Source of the DNA: Candidatus Culexmicrobium cathedralense
GTDB lineage: Archaea; Thermoproteota; Methanomethylicia; Culexarchaeales; Culexmicrobiaceae
DNA: 64,000 bases
Direction: 5' to 3'
Assembly: GCA_025061115.1 (NCBI GenBank)
Contig: JANZKC010000001.1
Span: 704,001 to 768,000 of the forward strand
In this document: in pieces, positions 20,894 to 29,864 of the stretch
How positions within the stretch are numbered: position 1 is the first letter of the stretch
Layout of the letters: every line of letters starts with the position of its first letter
Notes under the pieces: generated by a model
What the model was told of the DNA's origin: nothing
The model's input: only the letters and a program-made list of their open reading frames with translations
Databases searched by the model: none
Made by a program: the position numbers and the translations under genes

Positions 20894-21166
20894 ATGATTG
20901 AGTTGAGCGAAAAATTGGTTGGAGCTTGTGGAATTTACTGTGGTTGGTGCCCATACTACGTAGTTGGAACTGAAGAGTTTAAGTGTGGAGGATGCTGGTC
21001 GAGGGAGAAGTGCGAAATTAGGGATTGCGCGGCTAGCAGGGGTATTAAGATATGCACCTTCTGCTCCGAATTTCCATGCCAGAAGCTTTACGACATGTAC
21101 GGCAAGATGGCCGAGTTCTTCAATCAAATTAAGAGGGACTTTGCAGGCGGAGTTAAGAGGAAATAA
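20894..21166 (+). CDS. DUF3795 family Cys-rich protein (short paralog)
   Basis: ACGIYCGWC, CGGC and 'CEIRDCA..RGIKICTFCSEFPC'. Confidence 0.8.
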   Translation: MIELSEKLVGACGIYCGWCPYYVVGTEEFKCGGCWSREKCEIRDCAASRGIKICTFCSEFPCQKLYDMYGKMAEFFNQIKRDFAGGVKRK

Positions 21167-21189
21167 CGTCGGTAGTCCTTTAACCTAGC

Positions 21190-21899
21190 TTAACTTATTT
21201 TCCTGCCAAATCCAGTTTGCGAGGCGCTGTTATCGTAGACTTCATCGACGTGAAATAGGTATACTGGGCGATCCAGCCTCCTTTCAGGAGGCGTGTAGTG
21301 ATAGGTGTCGTGAACTAGATTTACGAATTTATGGTAGATGTCTCCAACGTGAATTGTTATGTGGCCTTTCAATTCATAGCTAATGCTTGGAGGCTGAAAG
21401 AATACTAGACATGCCCTCCTGCTCCTTTGAAGTATGCTCCAAGTGTGTTTTGAAGAGCTGGAAGCCTCTTGGCAAGCTCTATTGTTGCCAGCTTCTCGAA
21501 GTCTAAGCGCTTCATAGCCTCCTTCTCTTCAAGGTAGATGTGCTTTAGCAGCAGCTTCAATCCCCTCCTGGAGTGATTCTCCCTGAAAGCTCTAACTTCA
21601 GATGGACTTTCAACTGCTTTCCTGTAAATTTCATCTGAGGCTTTGAGGTGCTCTTCGAAGTCTCTCAACGCATTCTCCATGTATTCTCTCTTCAGCACGT
21701 AGCCTATTCCAACGACCTTCCCATTAACTTCAACTTCACCTTGATCATTCACTGCCGCAGTGCATAGAATTGGATTGTGCTTAGTGAATTCTATGAAGAA
21801 TCTTGGGCCTGCCTGAATTTTTCCTTCAAGAATTTCTTCGAGCAATTTTCGCCTTGAAAAGTAATTCCACTTAAGGAACTCTTCAGGTAGCTTAACCAT
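21190..21899 (-). pseudogene. Pyridoxamine-5'-phosphate-oxidase-like (FMN split-barrel) protein with one frameshift near 21460
   Basis: A frame switch after KRLP gives SKHTWSILQRSRRACLVFFQPPSISYELKG, which runs into the 21190-21372 ORF. Confidence 0.65.
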
Positions 21900-22041
21900 C
21901 CGCAAGTTTACCTCCACTAGGATGCGGACATGTGGATGCGGCTCAGACGGTTGATCCTTCTTCACCATTCAGTGGGACTAGGCTCTTCATCGCCAGTAGA
22001 AATATGGAGGCAGTGGCTTAAATTGTTAGCCGAGCTGAGCG

Positions 22042-22702
22042 TTAAGCTTCCTTCACTCGCTTAATTTCAGGCACGTACCTCTTCATTAACAGCGACCATG
22101 AAGTCACTGAAACCGAGCTGAGCGCCATGGCTAGCCCTGCAAGTGCAGGGTACAGCATCCCAGCCGCGGCGAGGGGTATGAGAATCACGTTGTACGCAAA
22201 TGCCCTTCCTAATTCCAACCATCACTGCAGTTGGAGTAGCTAATCCTAAGGCGCATGGGCATGCAACCACTAGAACCGCGACCGAAGAGAGAATTGCCTT
22301 CGCGAATTCTGTACCCATCAAGCTCTAACCTGCAAATGTCGCTATTGAAATTGCTATGACTATGAAGGTGAAGTAGCCAGCCACCTTATCCACCAACTTC
22401 TGTATTGGAGGCTTGCTCGCCAAAGCCTCCTCCACTAGGCTTACTACCTGCGCTAGAAATGCGTCGCTTCCAACTCTCGTAGCTCTAATTTTCAGCACGC
22501 CCTCCCTATTGACAGCCCCTCCAACAACTTCGTCGCCAGGCTGCTTCTCAACTGGAATTGATTCTCCAGTAACCATCGACTCGTCAACCGCTGAATGCCC
22601 CTCAATAACTAATCCATCAACTGGAATCTTCTCTCCAGGCCTAACTATGACTATGCCGCCTACCTGAATCATCTCGGTTGGAAGCTCAACTCCAACACCC
22701 AA
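22042..22702 (-). pseudogene. copA: CopA-type P1B Cu(I)-ATPase remnant
   Basis: A-domain ([17 protein letters not shown]), in-frame stop, [11 protein letters not shown], then directly [10 protein letters not shown]...AMALSSVSV in another frame; no DKTGT or GDGxND. Confidence 0.9.
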
Positions 22703-22776
22703 TCACTACATTAACATCGTTATGTTAAAAATTGAAAGTCAGTAAGATTAAGTTTTCACCAAATAGGCCAGTTAAC

Positions 22777-23310
22777 TTAAGAGTAGAATTCAGGGCTAAT
22801 CTTCCCAACCAACGCGTACGTTAAAGCAGCCTCCCAAGCCATTTGCCTAGTCAAAAGGCTCTTGGTTAAGATTCCAATTGCTCCAATCGTCTTCTTCGTA
22901 TCCCGCATTCCAGTTATGTCGTCGATCACTGGGCCCAATTCCTCCCCCCTTAAAACCCTCTCCACAACGATGCTGGGAAGCTGCATGTACACGCTCGACC
23001 CCAAGTAGAAATAGCCATCCCTATCGACGGCAGCGCACCAGCCCGTCAGAAACCACCTGCCGAACTTCCGCGCAATTCCCCCCTCCATTCCAATTCCAAG
23101 GTCAGCCTCAACAGCCTCTAAAGCTCGAACAGCCCTATTCTTGGCTCCCCTCACAATTTCCTCCTCACCTATGGGGGTGTGAGAAACACCCGACTCAACT
23201 TTGACCGGAATGACCTCGAAGCCATTTCCATAAATTCTCTTCACGACATTTCTGGCAGCTGCAATTTTAACTGGATTTGTGGAGCCAACTGCAATCCTCA
23301 CTTCAGTCAC
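22777..23310 (-). CDS. yjjX: Inosine/xanthosine triphosphatase (YjjX/DUF84)
   Basis: IAVGSTNPVK, GAKNRA, GIGMEGGI, GEELG and GAIGILT motifs; start approximate. Confidence 0.88.
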   Translation of the reverse strand: MTEVRIAVGSTNPVKIAAARNVVKRIYGNGFEVIPVKVESGVSHTPIGEEEIVRGAKNRAVRALEAVEADLGIGMEGGIARKFGRWFLTGWCAAVDRDGYFYLGSSVYMQLPSIVVERVLRGEELGPVIDDITGMRDTKKTIGAIGILTKSLLTRQMAWEAALTYALVGKISPEFYS

Positions 23311-23587
23311 CAAACTAAGTATCAAAGAAGTGGTCAAAACAATTACTGTCGCCCCTGCTGGCTTCAACTAAAGCTGAAATCTAACGCGGCTAATCTTCCA
23401 GCTTTACATCGCATTCATGCTCAAGAGATTTTAGGAGATTAATGGCTTCTTGCAATCCGCATTTCAATTCCCTTATTTCAAGTTAACCGCTCAACTCTAC
23501 TTAATTGCAGTTATTCCCAAACTGCAAAAGCTAAGGAAATGAGCGACGGAAAACTTATTGAGCTAAATACATTTAGAAGAATGAGGA

Positions 23588-23675
23588 GCGGGGGTGGCCG
23601 AGTCAGGTCAAAGGCGCAGGGCTTAGGACCCTGTGGCGTAGGCCTGCGTGGGTTCGAATCCCACCCCCCGCACCA
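23588..23675 (+). tRNA. tRNA-Leu(TAG), CCA encoded
   Basis: GCGGGGG/CCCCCGC acceptor stem, CAGGG-CTTAGGA-CCCTG, long variable arm, GTGGG-TTCGAAT-CCCAC. Confidence 0.97.
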
Positions 23676-23736
23676 AGAAGCAGCCTATCATCCACTTATA
23701 TGGAAAAATACCACTGGTATACGGGGAGGCCTTTTA

Positions 23737-24150
23737 ATGACTTCAAGTTCAAATGAATTGGCTAAAGCCTTAAAGGAACTAACTTATGAGCAGGAGTTTT
23801 TGCTGAAAGAGTTGACGAGTTAATTAAATTAATGAGGAATAAGCCACTGAAGGGAATCGAAGAATTTGTAAGCTTCTTCATGAAGGCATTTATACCGCAC
23901 ATGGATAATGAGGAAAATACGTTTTTCCCATCGTTTCAGGTTCGCACCCTGACAAGGAAAGCCTAGTGAAAGAATTGGCGGATGAGCATGAACTCCTCTT
24001 AGAGCAGTATAAGCGAGTAAGGAAAATCTAGCGGCTGGAAAAATCGTGGAAAGTGCAAAGACAGTGGAGGACATGCTTTACGTCCTCAAAGAACATGTAG
24101 ATAAGGGGAAGCCGCTATACCAGTTGATTCTGAAGAGAATTCTAAGGTAG
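23737..24150 (+). pseudogene. Hemerythrin/HHE-domain protein pseudogene
   Basis: Fragments ELTYEQ, PHMDNEENTFFP, ELADEHE and LKEHVDK in successive different frames (3 or more frameshifts). Confidence 0.7.
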
Positions 24151-24241
24151 AGGAGCGAATGAGCTTAACTCCCCAAAAGAAGAGGTAGTGCTGAGGCCTG
24201 CAAACAGCTAGCTTCCACTCTACGTGCAAGTCAAGTACATA

Positions 24242-24918
24242 ATGGAGAGCTCTGCCGACCTATCAGAGCATTCGCAGCGAATTCCATGCATCTTCCTCAC
24301 ATGAACATTAGGGAAAATGGCTTCAGCCCGCTTCTTAATAAGCAGGGGGTTGAAGGCAATTGATATGGGATGCGGAGAGGGAAGGGACTCAATTTTCTTG
24401 GCGAAAATGGGATTTACGTGACGGGCATTGATTTATCCTCCTTCCGCAGTGAAGCGTGCAAAAATGAGGGCTAATAGGGAAGAGGCTCCCACTAGATTTC
24501 TTGGTGGCGGATGTTGCAGAGATTCCAGTGAGAGGTAAGGTTTACGACTTAGCGATCAACATTGCATGCCTACAAATCATAATAGATCAAAACGTTAGAG
24601 ATCAGCATTTACGTGAAGCCTATATTGTGCTGAAGAGTGGAGGCATATACTTCTCATGCAACATTGGAGTTGATAGGTCAGTGACAATTGGAGAGCTTTA
24701 CGAAAGGCTTGGGGACCTTGGTCCTAGGAAGGTGAGAGTTCGAGGGGAGGAAAGAAATTTTACTGCCTATAATAGCTGCATGGCCAAAGACTAGGGAGGA
24801 GTACTTGGAGGAAGTTGGAAGGGCAGGCTTCAACGTGCTCAAATCTTATAGGGAGAAAACCGAGCCTGTTGGCAATTGCTGGATTCTTATTGCCATGAAA
24901 AAGCGGTATTCAAACTGA
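24242..24918 (+). pseudogene. Class I SAM-dependent methyltransferase pseudogene
   Basis: AIDMGCGEGRDSIFLA, VTGIDLS, FLVADV and LKSGG split by several frameshifts; 5' end approximate. Confidence 0.8.
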
Positions 24919-24961
24919 GAAAATTAGTTTTGCTTATGCTGAAGCCCTGGCAATTAGCTAT

Positions 24962-25702
24962 TTAGCCTCCCTTTAGAAGTTGCTTGCGAAGACTTCCCCT
25001 ATGTATTAGGATGTAATCTTTAGCGGTTTCCCCCAATTTAGCAGCCTCATCAACGCTCAAGTGTATTCCAGGAATGCCCTTGCCCTCAGTCCATGTTGCC
25101 TCCAAAATCGCCAAGTCTGCACCGCGAACTTCCTCCATGAGGTTGTTGCAGATCCCAGTATCACCGCTGTAGACTACCCTCAACCCCTTGTAATTTATCG
25201 TGTAGCCCATAGCCGGTATGGGCGGGCCAATAGGCTCGGTTTTCGTGCTTCCCCTGTGAAGGACTTTGAAAGCCTTAACTCTTAGTGGGCCAAGTTGAAG
25301 CTCCTCTTGATCCTCAACTTCTACCAGCTTTATGCTATAGGCAAGCTTTCCCCCTCTAAACTCCATTAATGTCTCAATAAAATGTCTGGCAACCAGTGAC
25401 GGCTTGGGAGTTAAAATGGTTAAAGGCTCCACTCTACCGTAAACGTGCATGTAATCCATGAGGGAGTAGAGGCCTCCGACGTGATCGAAGTGCTCATGGG
25501 ATATCAGTATTGCCTTCAACCTATCAAATTCCTTGGAATCGCGATAGTAATCCAATAGTAGGTCCCTTAAAGCACTGCAGCCGCAGTCGAGCAGCAAGTC
25601 AAAGCCCACGCTCTCCGCAGAAATAACAACTTGAGTTGCAATAGCTGGAATTGAGAAGAGAACCTTAACAGTTAAATCGCCTTTACGCCAGGAGGGAAAC
25701 AT
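24962..25702 (-). CDS. Metallo-beta-lactamase fold hydrolase (RNase Z-like)
   Basis: LLDCG, SHEHFDHVGG, YSGDT, LAILEAT and LIH motifs. Confidence 0.85.
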   Translation of the reverse strand: MFPSWRKGDLTVKVLFSIPAIATQVVISAESVGFDLLLDCGCSALRDLLLDYYRDSKEFDRLKAILISHEHFDHVGGLYSLMDYMHVYGRVEPLTILTPKPSLVARHFIETLMEFRGGKLAYSIKLVEVEDQEELQLGPLRVKAFKVLHRGSTKTEPIGPPIPAMGYTINYKGLRVVYSGDTGICNNLMEEVRGADLAILEATWTEGKGIPGIHLSVDEAAKLGETAKDYILIHRGSLRKQLLKGG

Positions 25703-25915
25703 CGAAAGCCCCAGAAGAGTAGTGCTTTGAAATATAAAAGCATTTTACCATGATGCTGAACCCATGCTTCAGGGAAGTTGAAGCACTAGTGAAAGCGAGG
25801 AAACCTTACGCCTAGAATTTATAATGCTTCAGCTAGATTTAATATTGAGCTTATTTAATTACAGAAAATACTTTAGGATGAAAGTTGAGTTGTGTATTGA
25901 GCAAGGTGTTACTTC

Positions 25916-27187
25916 ATGAGCGAGAAGTATAAGCGGAAGTACACGTTCGGAGAAGACTATGGAACCAGCTTCTATAAGTTCGGCCCAATAACTTTAGGCG
26001 AAAAGCCTGAAGTTGTGGAGAATAGGGGGTACTTCCCGGATAAGTCTTCGATGATGTATAGGATCATGGGGGTTCCAAGGGAAGTCATTGTCGGAAAGAA
26101 GCTGCCCCTCTACTTGGAGACTAGGGAAGACTTGTCCTCAAGATTAATCTACCCCATGAGGAATGGCGTGATAGGAAAGGGCGATGAAAAGGCTTGGAGA
26201 GTCATATATGAAATAACTAGGTATGGCTTGGAGATGTTTAGGCCCATCAGCCCCGACTTTAAGGGCTTCTACGTCTGCGCATCCCTCTCATCCGTTGCGC
26301 CTAGATACATGTATGAAAAGCTATTTGACATCCACAGGAGAATCGACGAGGAGACGCGATTAGTTAAAGCTGTCACGATAATCCCTCAACCATTAGCGGT
26401 GGCCATAGCTCATAAGGCTCCCACATGCGTAGTCATTGAAAGCGGACATGGAAACACCCAGATTTGCCCCATATCAAGATATCCAGTAAGAGGAGCGATC
26501 GTCGCATTGAATAGGGGCGGAGGCGACGCCGACGCCATAACAAGCCAAATACTATACGACGCTGGCTACGGAGACATCGCCAAGGAAGAGGCAATAGTGA
26601 GGAGAGTCAAGGAGGCCATTGGAGCCATCCCCAGAAATTTGGATGAAGCCATAAGAGAGGCAAAGAGAAAACCAGAGAAGTTCAGAGTTAAGTACAAGAT
26701 CCCGGGGACGCGAATAGAAATAGACTTAGAAAAAGACTCGTGGACTAGATTCCTAATTGGAGAGTACATATTCAACCCCAATAATGAAATTTTCGAAAGC
26801 TACTTCAAGAGGGGGCTACCCAAGCCCAAAGATGTCAAGATAGGCGAAGTACTATTTAAGGGAATGATAGACTTCGGAGAGGCAGTCATAGAGGCAGTGG
26901 AAAAATGCCCAATAGAGCTTCAGCCATACCTATACGAGAGGATACTGCTATCCGGAGGAAACTTCCAGTGGAAAGTGCCGCCGAAATTCGAGGATGTAGC
27001 TGTGGATGCCCCCACCAAGATAAAGCTCCTCCTCAAGGAGAAGGGCGTCGAGGAAGTAGTTGTGGAAATGGCGCCCGACCCAAAATTCAGCGTTTGGAAG
27101 GGATGCATAGTTTACGGCTACGCCGTCCCAGAAGATTACGCCTGGTCTTGGGATAAAATGGAGGGTTGGATAAAGCTCCATGATTGA
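25916..27187 (+). CDS. Crenactin (archaeal actin homolog)
   Basis: GEDYGTSFYKFG (phosphate 1), YPMRNG, IPQPLAVA, VIESGHGNTQ (phosphate 2), ILLSGGNF (adenosine) and SVWKG; C-terminal WSW..MEGW. Confidence 0.93.
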   Translation: MSEKYKRKYTFGEDYGTSFYKFGPITLGEKPEVVENRGYFPDKSSMMYRIMGVPREVIVGKKLPLYLETREDLSSRLIYPMRNGVIGKGDEKAWRVIYEITRYGLEMFRPISPDFKGFYVCASLSSVAPRYMYEKLFDIHRRIDEETRLVKAVTIIPQPLAVAIAHKAPTCVVIESGHGNTQICPISRYPVRGAIVALNRGGGDADAITSQILYDAGYGDIAKEEAIVRRVKEAIGAIPRNLDEAIREAKRKPEKFRVKYKIPGTRIEIDLEKDSWTRFLIGEYIFNPNNEIFESYFKRGLPKPKDVKIGEVLFKGMIDFGEAVIEAVEKCPIELQPYLYERILLSGGNFQWKVPPKFEDVAVDAPTKIKLLLKEKGVEEVVVEMAPDPKFSVWKGCIVYGYAVPEDYAWSWDKMEGWIKLHD

Positions 27188-27938
27188 AGATATCCAAGAT
27201 AAATTGAGAACCTACTTCGCATCGGAGGGATATATAGAGAACCCCATCGAAGAATTTTCTGAGCAATATAAGCCGGACATGGCGTTTAGGAGGAGCCGCG
27301 AAACCCTATTTGTGTACATCATGGACCTGAGCTCGCTAAGCAGCAAAAGCGCTCTCCTCAAGAAAATCATGAGAATGGTCGCCGCAAAAAAGCACTGCAA
27401 CCTAATCTACGCTGCAGTTCCAAAGATCATAGCAACCACTCTCGACAGCGCAGCGCTGGAGGAGCATGGAATAGGAATGCTAATCGTCGATGACGATGTC
27501 CGCGAAGTGCTGCCTGCAAAATACAATGAGATGGAGGAGAGATCAGCTGAAGTTGAGGAAGTTGCAAGGAAAATAAGCGAGCTTGAAGCAAAAATTTCAC
27601 GCCTAGAGAGAGCCATTGCAAACATGGAAGTAGCAATCTCCAGAATAGAATTTAGCCAGCCGCAGCAGAACATCATAGGCGTAATCGACAGGATAAGCGA
27701 TCTTGAAAGGGAGCTGAGCAAAGTTAGGGATGAAATTCTGCTGATAAATCGAAGGCTAAACAAACTTGAAGAAAAGGTGCTTAAAGCTCCGAAAGCCAAG
27801 AAGCCTCCTCCCCCCATAAAAGCGCCTCAAGCGAGCTTTGAAATTAAAAAGGTCGCTGAAGAACTACCTTCATTCTTCAAGGATAATCCTTGGGTGAGCA
27901 TCCTCTCCTCGAGAGGTAAAAGCGTTGAAGAAGGCTGA
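27180..27938 (+). CDS. Arcadin-2-like protein (putative crenactin regulator)
   Basis: Overlaps the crenactin stop; alpha/beta N-domain, coiled coil, Pro/Lys linker and C-terminal amphipathic helix DNPWVSILSSRG. Confidence 0.7.
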   Translation: MIEDIQDKLRTYFASEGYIENPIEEFSEQYKPDMAFRRSRETLFVYIMDLSSLSSKSALLKKIMRMVAAKKHCNLIYAAVPKIIATTLDSAALEEHGIGMLIVDDDVREVLPAKYNEMEERSAEVEEVARKISELEAKISRLERAIANMEVAISRIEFSQPQQNIIGVIDRISDLERELSKVRDEILLINRRLNKLEEKVLKAPKAKKPPPPIKAPQASFEIKKVAEELPSFFKDNPWVSILSSRGKSVEEG

Positions 27939-28200
27939 GCCACTTAGAGCCACTCCAATTAGGAGAATAAGCGTTGTAGTTGATCTTGAGGACCCCTTAG
28001 CGCCAGCCCTCACAATAGATGAATTTGAGAAGCTGTTTAATAGGGAGCCGGAGCCTCCAAGATATAGAATTGCCAGCATAGAAGTGCTAACCTGCCCAGA
28101 AGATAACCACGTAGTTCTAGTCACCGAATGCGCCAAGTGCCCTAGATTCATTAAGAGAGTTGAAGATGTGATTTACTGCGCAGCAAAGCGAGTTAGGTGA
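27925..28200 (+). CDS. Small Cys4 protein of the arcade cluster (probable arcadin-3)
   Basis: Coupled to the arcadin-2-like gene; C..ECAKC..C putative zinc ligands; identity inferred from position and size. Confidence 0.55.
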   Translation: MKKAEPLRATPIRRISVVVDLEDPLAPALTIDEFEKLFNREPEPPRYRIASIEVLTCPEDNHVVLVTECAKCPRFIKRVEDVIYCAAKRVR

Positions 28201-28202
28201 CT

Positions 28203-29417
28203 TCAACTACTCATTGAAGTGAATTTGTAGGCTAGTAGAGCGTAAATTTTGGTGAAGATCTTAAGCACTTCTATCTCAACGTTTTCATTTGGGCCATGAG
28301 CATTTCCAGTCTCATGATCTCCAGGTCCAAAACCGCAAATAGTCGGTATTCCAGCCCTAATTATCAAGTAGTGGGAGTCATTTGTTCCATATGCGCCCCT
28401 AAACTGCAGGTCTTCTCCAGTAACACACCTAGTTGCCCACTTAGCGCATTCAACTATTTCATCATCTTCAGCCACTTCAGCAGGCGGACAACTAGTAATT
28501 ATTTTAGCCGAAGCCGAAAACTCCGGCTCTCCACTCTTAAGCTCTTCAAAAAGCTCATTCAACTGCTTCAGCACGCCTTCACAGCTTAATCCAGGATTAA
28601 TTCTAACGTCTAAGTGCGCAGTGCACTTATCCGGTATGACGTTCGTCTTAACGCCTCCCCGAATTATAGTTCCCGGCGATATCGTGGGCGGAGGCAAGTA
28701 CTTGTGCGGAGGGCACTTAAGCTTGAAATCCTTCAAAGCTAAAAGCAGCATCGCCATGTGAAGGACAGCATTAACTCCAGCCCAAGGCTTACTTGCGTGT
28801 GCAGCTCTACCTCTAGTTTCAACTTCAACCCAACACATCCCTCTAACCGCAGGCCTCAAGCATATCACTTTATTGAAGACCGAAGCCTCAGCTACAACTG
28901 CGCCATCAGCTCTAGCATATCCCTTCTCAACCAAATACCCAGTTCCAAGGCGGCCGCCAGCCTCCTCATCTGCAACTGCGTGAATAATTATATCACCTTT
29001 AAGTTGAACTCCAGAATCCACTATAGACTTAGCTGCACCGACAATAGCTGCAATAGCCCCCTTCATGTCAGCAGCGCCGCGACCATAAATCTTACCGCCC
29101 TCAACTACGCCTTCAAACGGGTCAAAACGCCAATTCTCCAAATCTCCGGGAGGAACAACATCTAAATGCCCATTAAATAGCACGTTTTTCCCATCGCCCT
29201 CGCCCTTCAGCACTGCAACAACATTAACCCTCCGCTCCTCCGGAACTACGTACTCAACCTTAAAGCCAAGAGCTTCAAGCTCACTGCCAAGCAAGTACGC
29301 CACATCAGACTCATTGCCAGGCGGATTAACGCTGGGAACCCTAATCAACCTTCTAGTCAAATCAACAACGTAACCTCCATTCAACTCAGCACTCTTAAGA
29401 AGAGCACCCACAATCAT
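28203..29417 (-). CDS. M20 family metallopeptidase/deacylase (ArgE/DapE-like)
   Basis: NGHLDVVP, GRGAADMKG, ADEE, GRAAHAS and AHGPNE motifs; start approximate. Confidence 0.9.
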   Translation of the reverse strand: MIVGALLKSAELNGGYVVDLTRRLIRVPSVNPPGNESDVAYLLGSELEALGFKVEYVVPEERRVNVVAVLKGEGDGKNVLFNGHLDVVPPGDLENWRFDPFEGVVEGGKIYGRGAADMKGAIAAIVGAAKSIVDSGVQLKGDIIIHAVADEEAGGRLGTGYLVEKGYARADGAVVAEASVFNKVICLRPAVRGMCWVEVETRGRAAHASKPWAGVNAVLHMAMLLLALKDFKLKCPPHKYLPPPTISPGTIIRGGVKTNVIPDKCTAHLDVRINPGLSCEGVLKQLNELFEELKSGEPEFSASAKIITSCPPAEVAEDDEIVECAKWATRCVTGEDLQFRGAYGTNDSHYLIIRAGIPTICGFGPGDHETGNAHGPNENVEIEVLKIFTKIYALLAYKFTSMSS

Positions 29418-29569
29418 ACTCCCAACCAAAAACAATTACATTGCCAAACATATTTATCAATGACTATAACGTCCTAACATATTGTCAATTTGAGGCAACC
29501 CACCACAACTTCACAAATAGTAAAATTTATGAAAGAACGCAGCCACTCTAAGAATAGCCTAGAGAGGCA

Positions 29570-29665
29570 GCCCCCGTCGTCTAGTCCGGCCAAGGATATG
29601 GGCCTTTCGAGCTCTATCCGCGAAGAAAGCCCAAGACCCGGGTTCGAATCCCGGCGGGGGCACCA
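29570..29665 (+). tRNA. tRNA-Glu(TTC) with 18-nt canonical (37/38) intron at 29610-29627
   Basis: GCCCCCG/CGGGGGC acceptor stem, TGGGC-CTTTCG[intron]A-GCCCA, BHB central helix CUUU:GAAG, ACCA. Confidence 0.93.
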
Positions 29666-29864
29666 CTCCTTTCCATATGTTTGCTGGAGCTGGAATAGTT
29701 GCTGTAAGTGTGTTTATTTGGTTCATGGTGTACGGTAGTTTTAATGAAGAGTGATGAGTTATGATTGTTTGCTGAGAAATTTATTTTGAGGTGAGCGGGT
29801 GAGAAATTTATTTGTTAATTAAGTTAAGGTTTTGGTGGTTTAGATTTTAATTGGAGGTAGTGGT

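Noticed and set aside
23539-23823. 94-aa ORF from the track (likewise 29490-29738 and 17919-18110)
   Set aside because: These ORFs overlap tRNA genes; only the tail from 23737 belongs to the hemerythrin pseudogene.
25765-25834. TGCTTCA/TGAAGCA inverted repeat upstream of crenactin, and an ATGCTTCAGCT match to the region near 46117
   Set aside because: A 7-bp repeat and an 11-nt match are expected by chance in 64 kb.
29744-29776. Possible C/D box sRNA (GTGATGA...CTGA)
   Set aside because: Only one C/D pair 14 nt apart, with no second box pair or recognisable guide.
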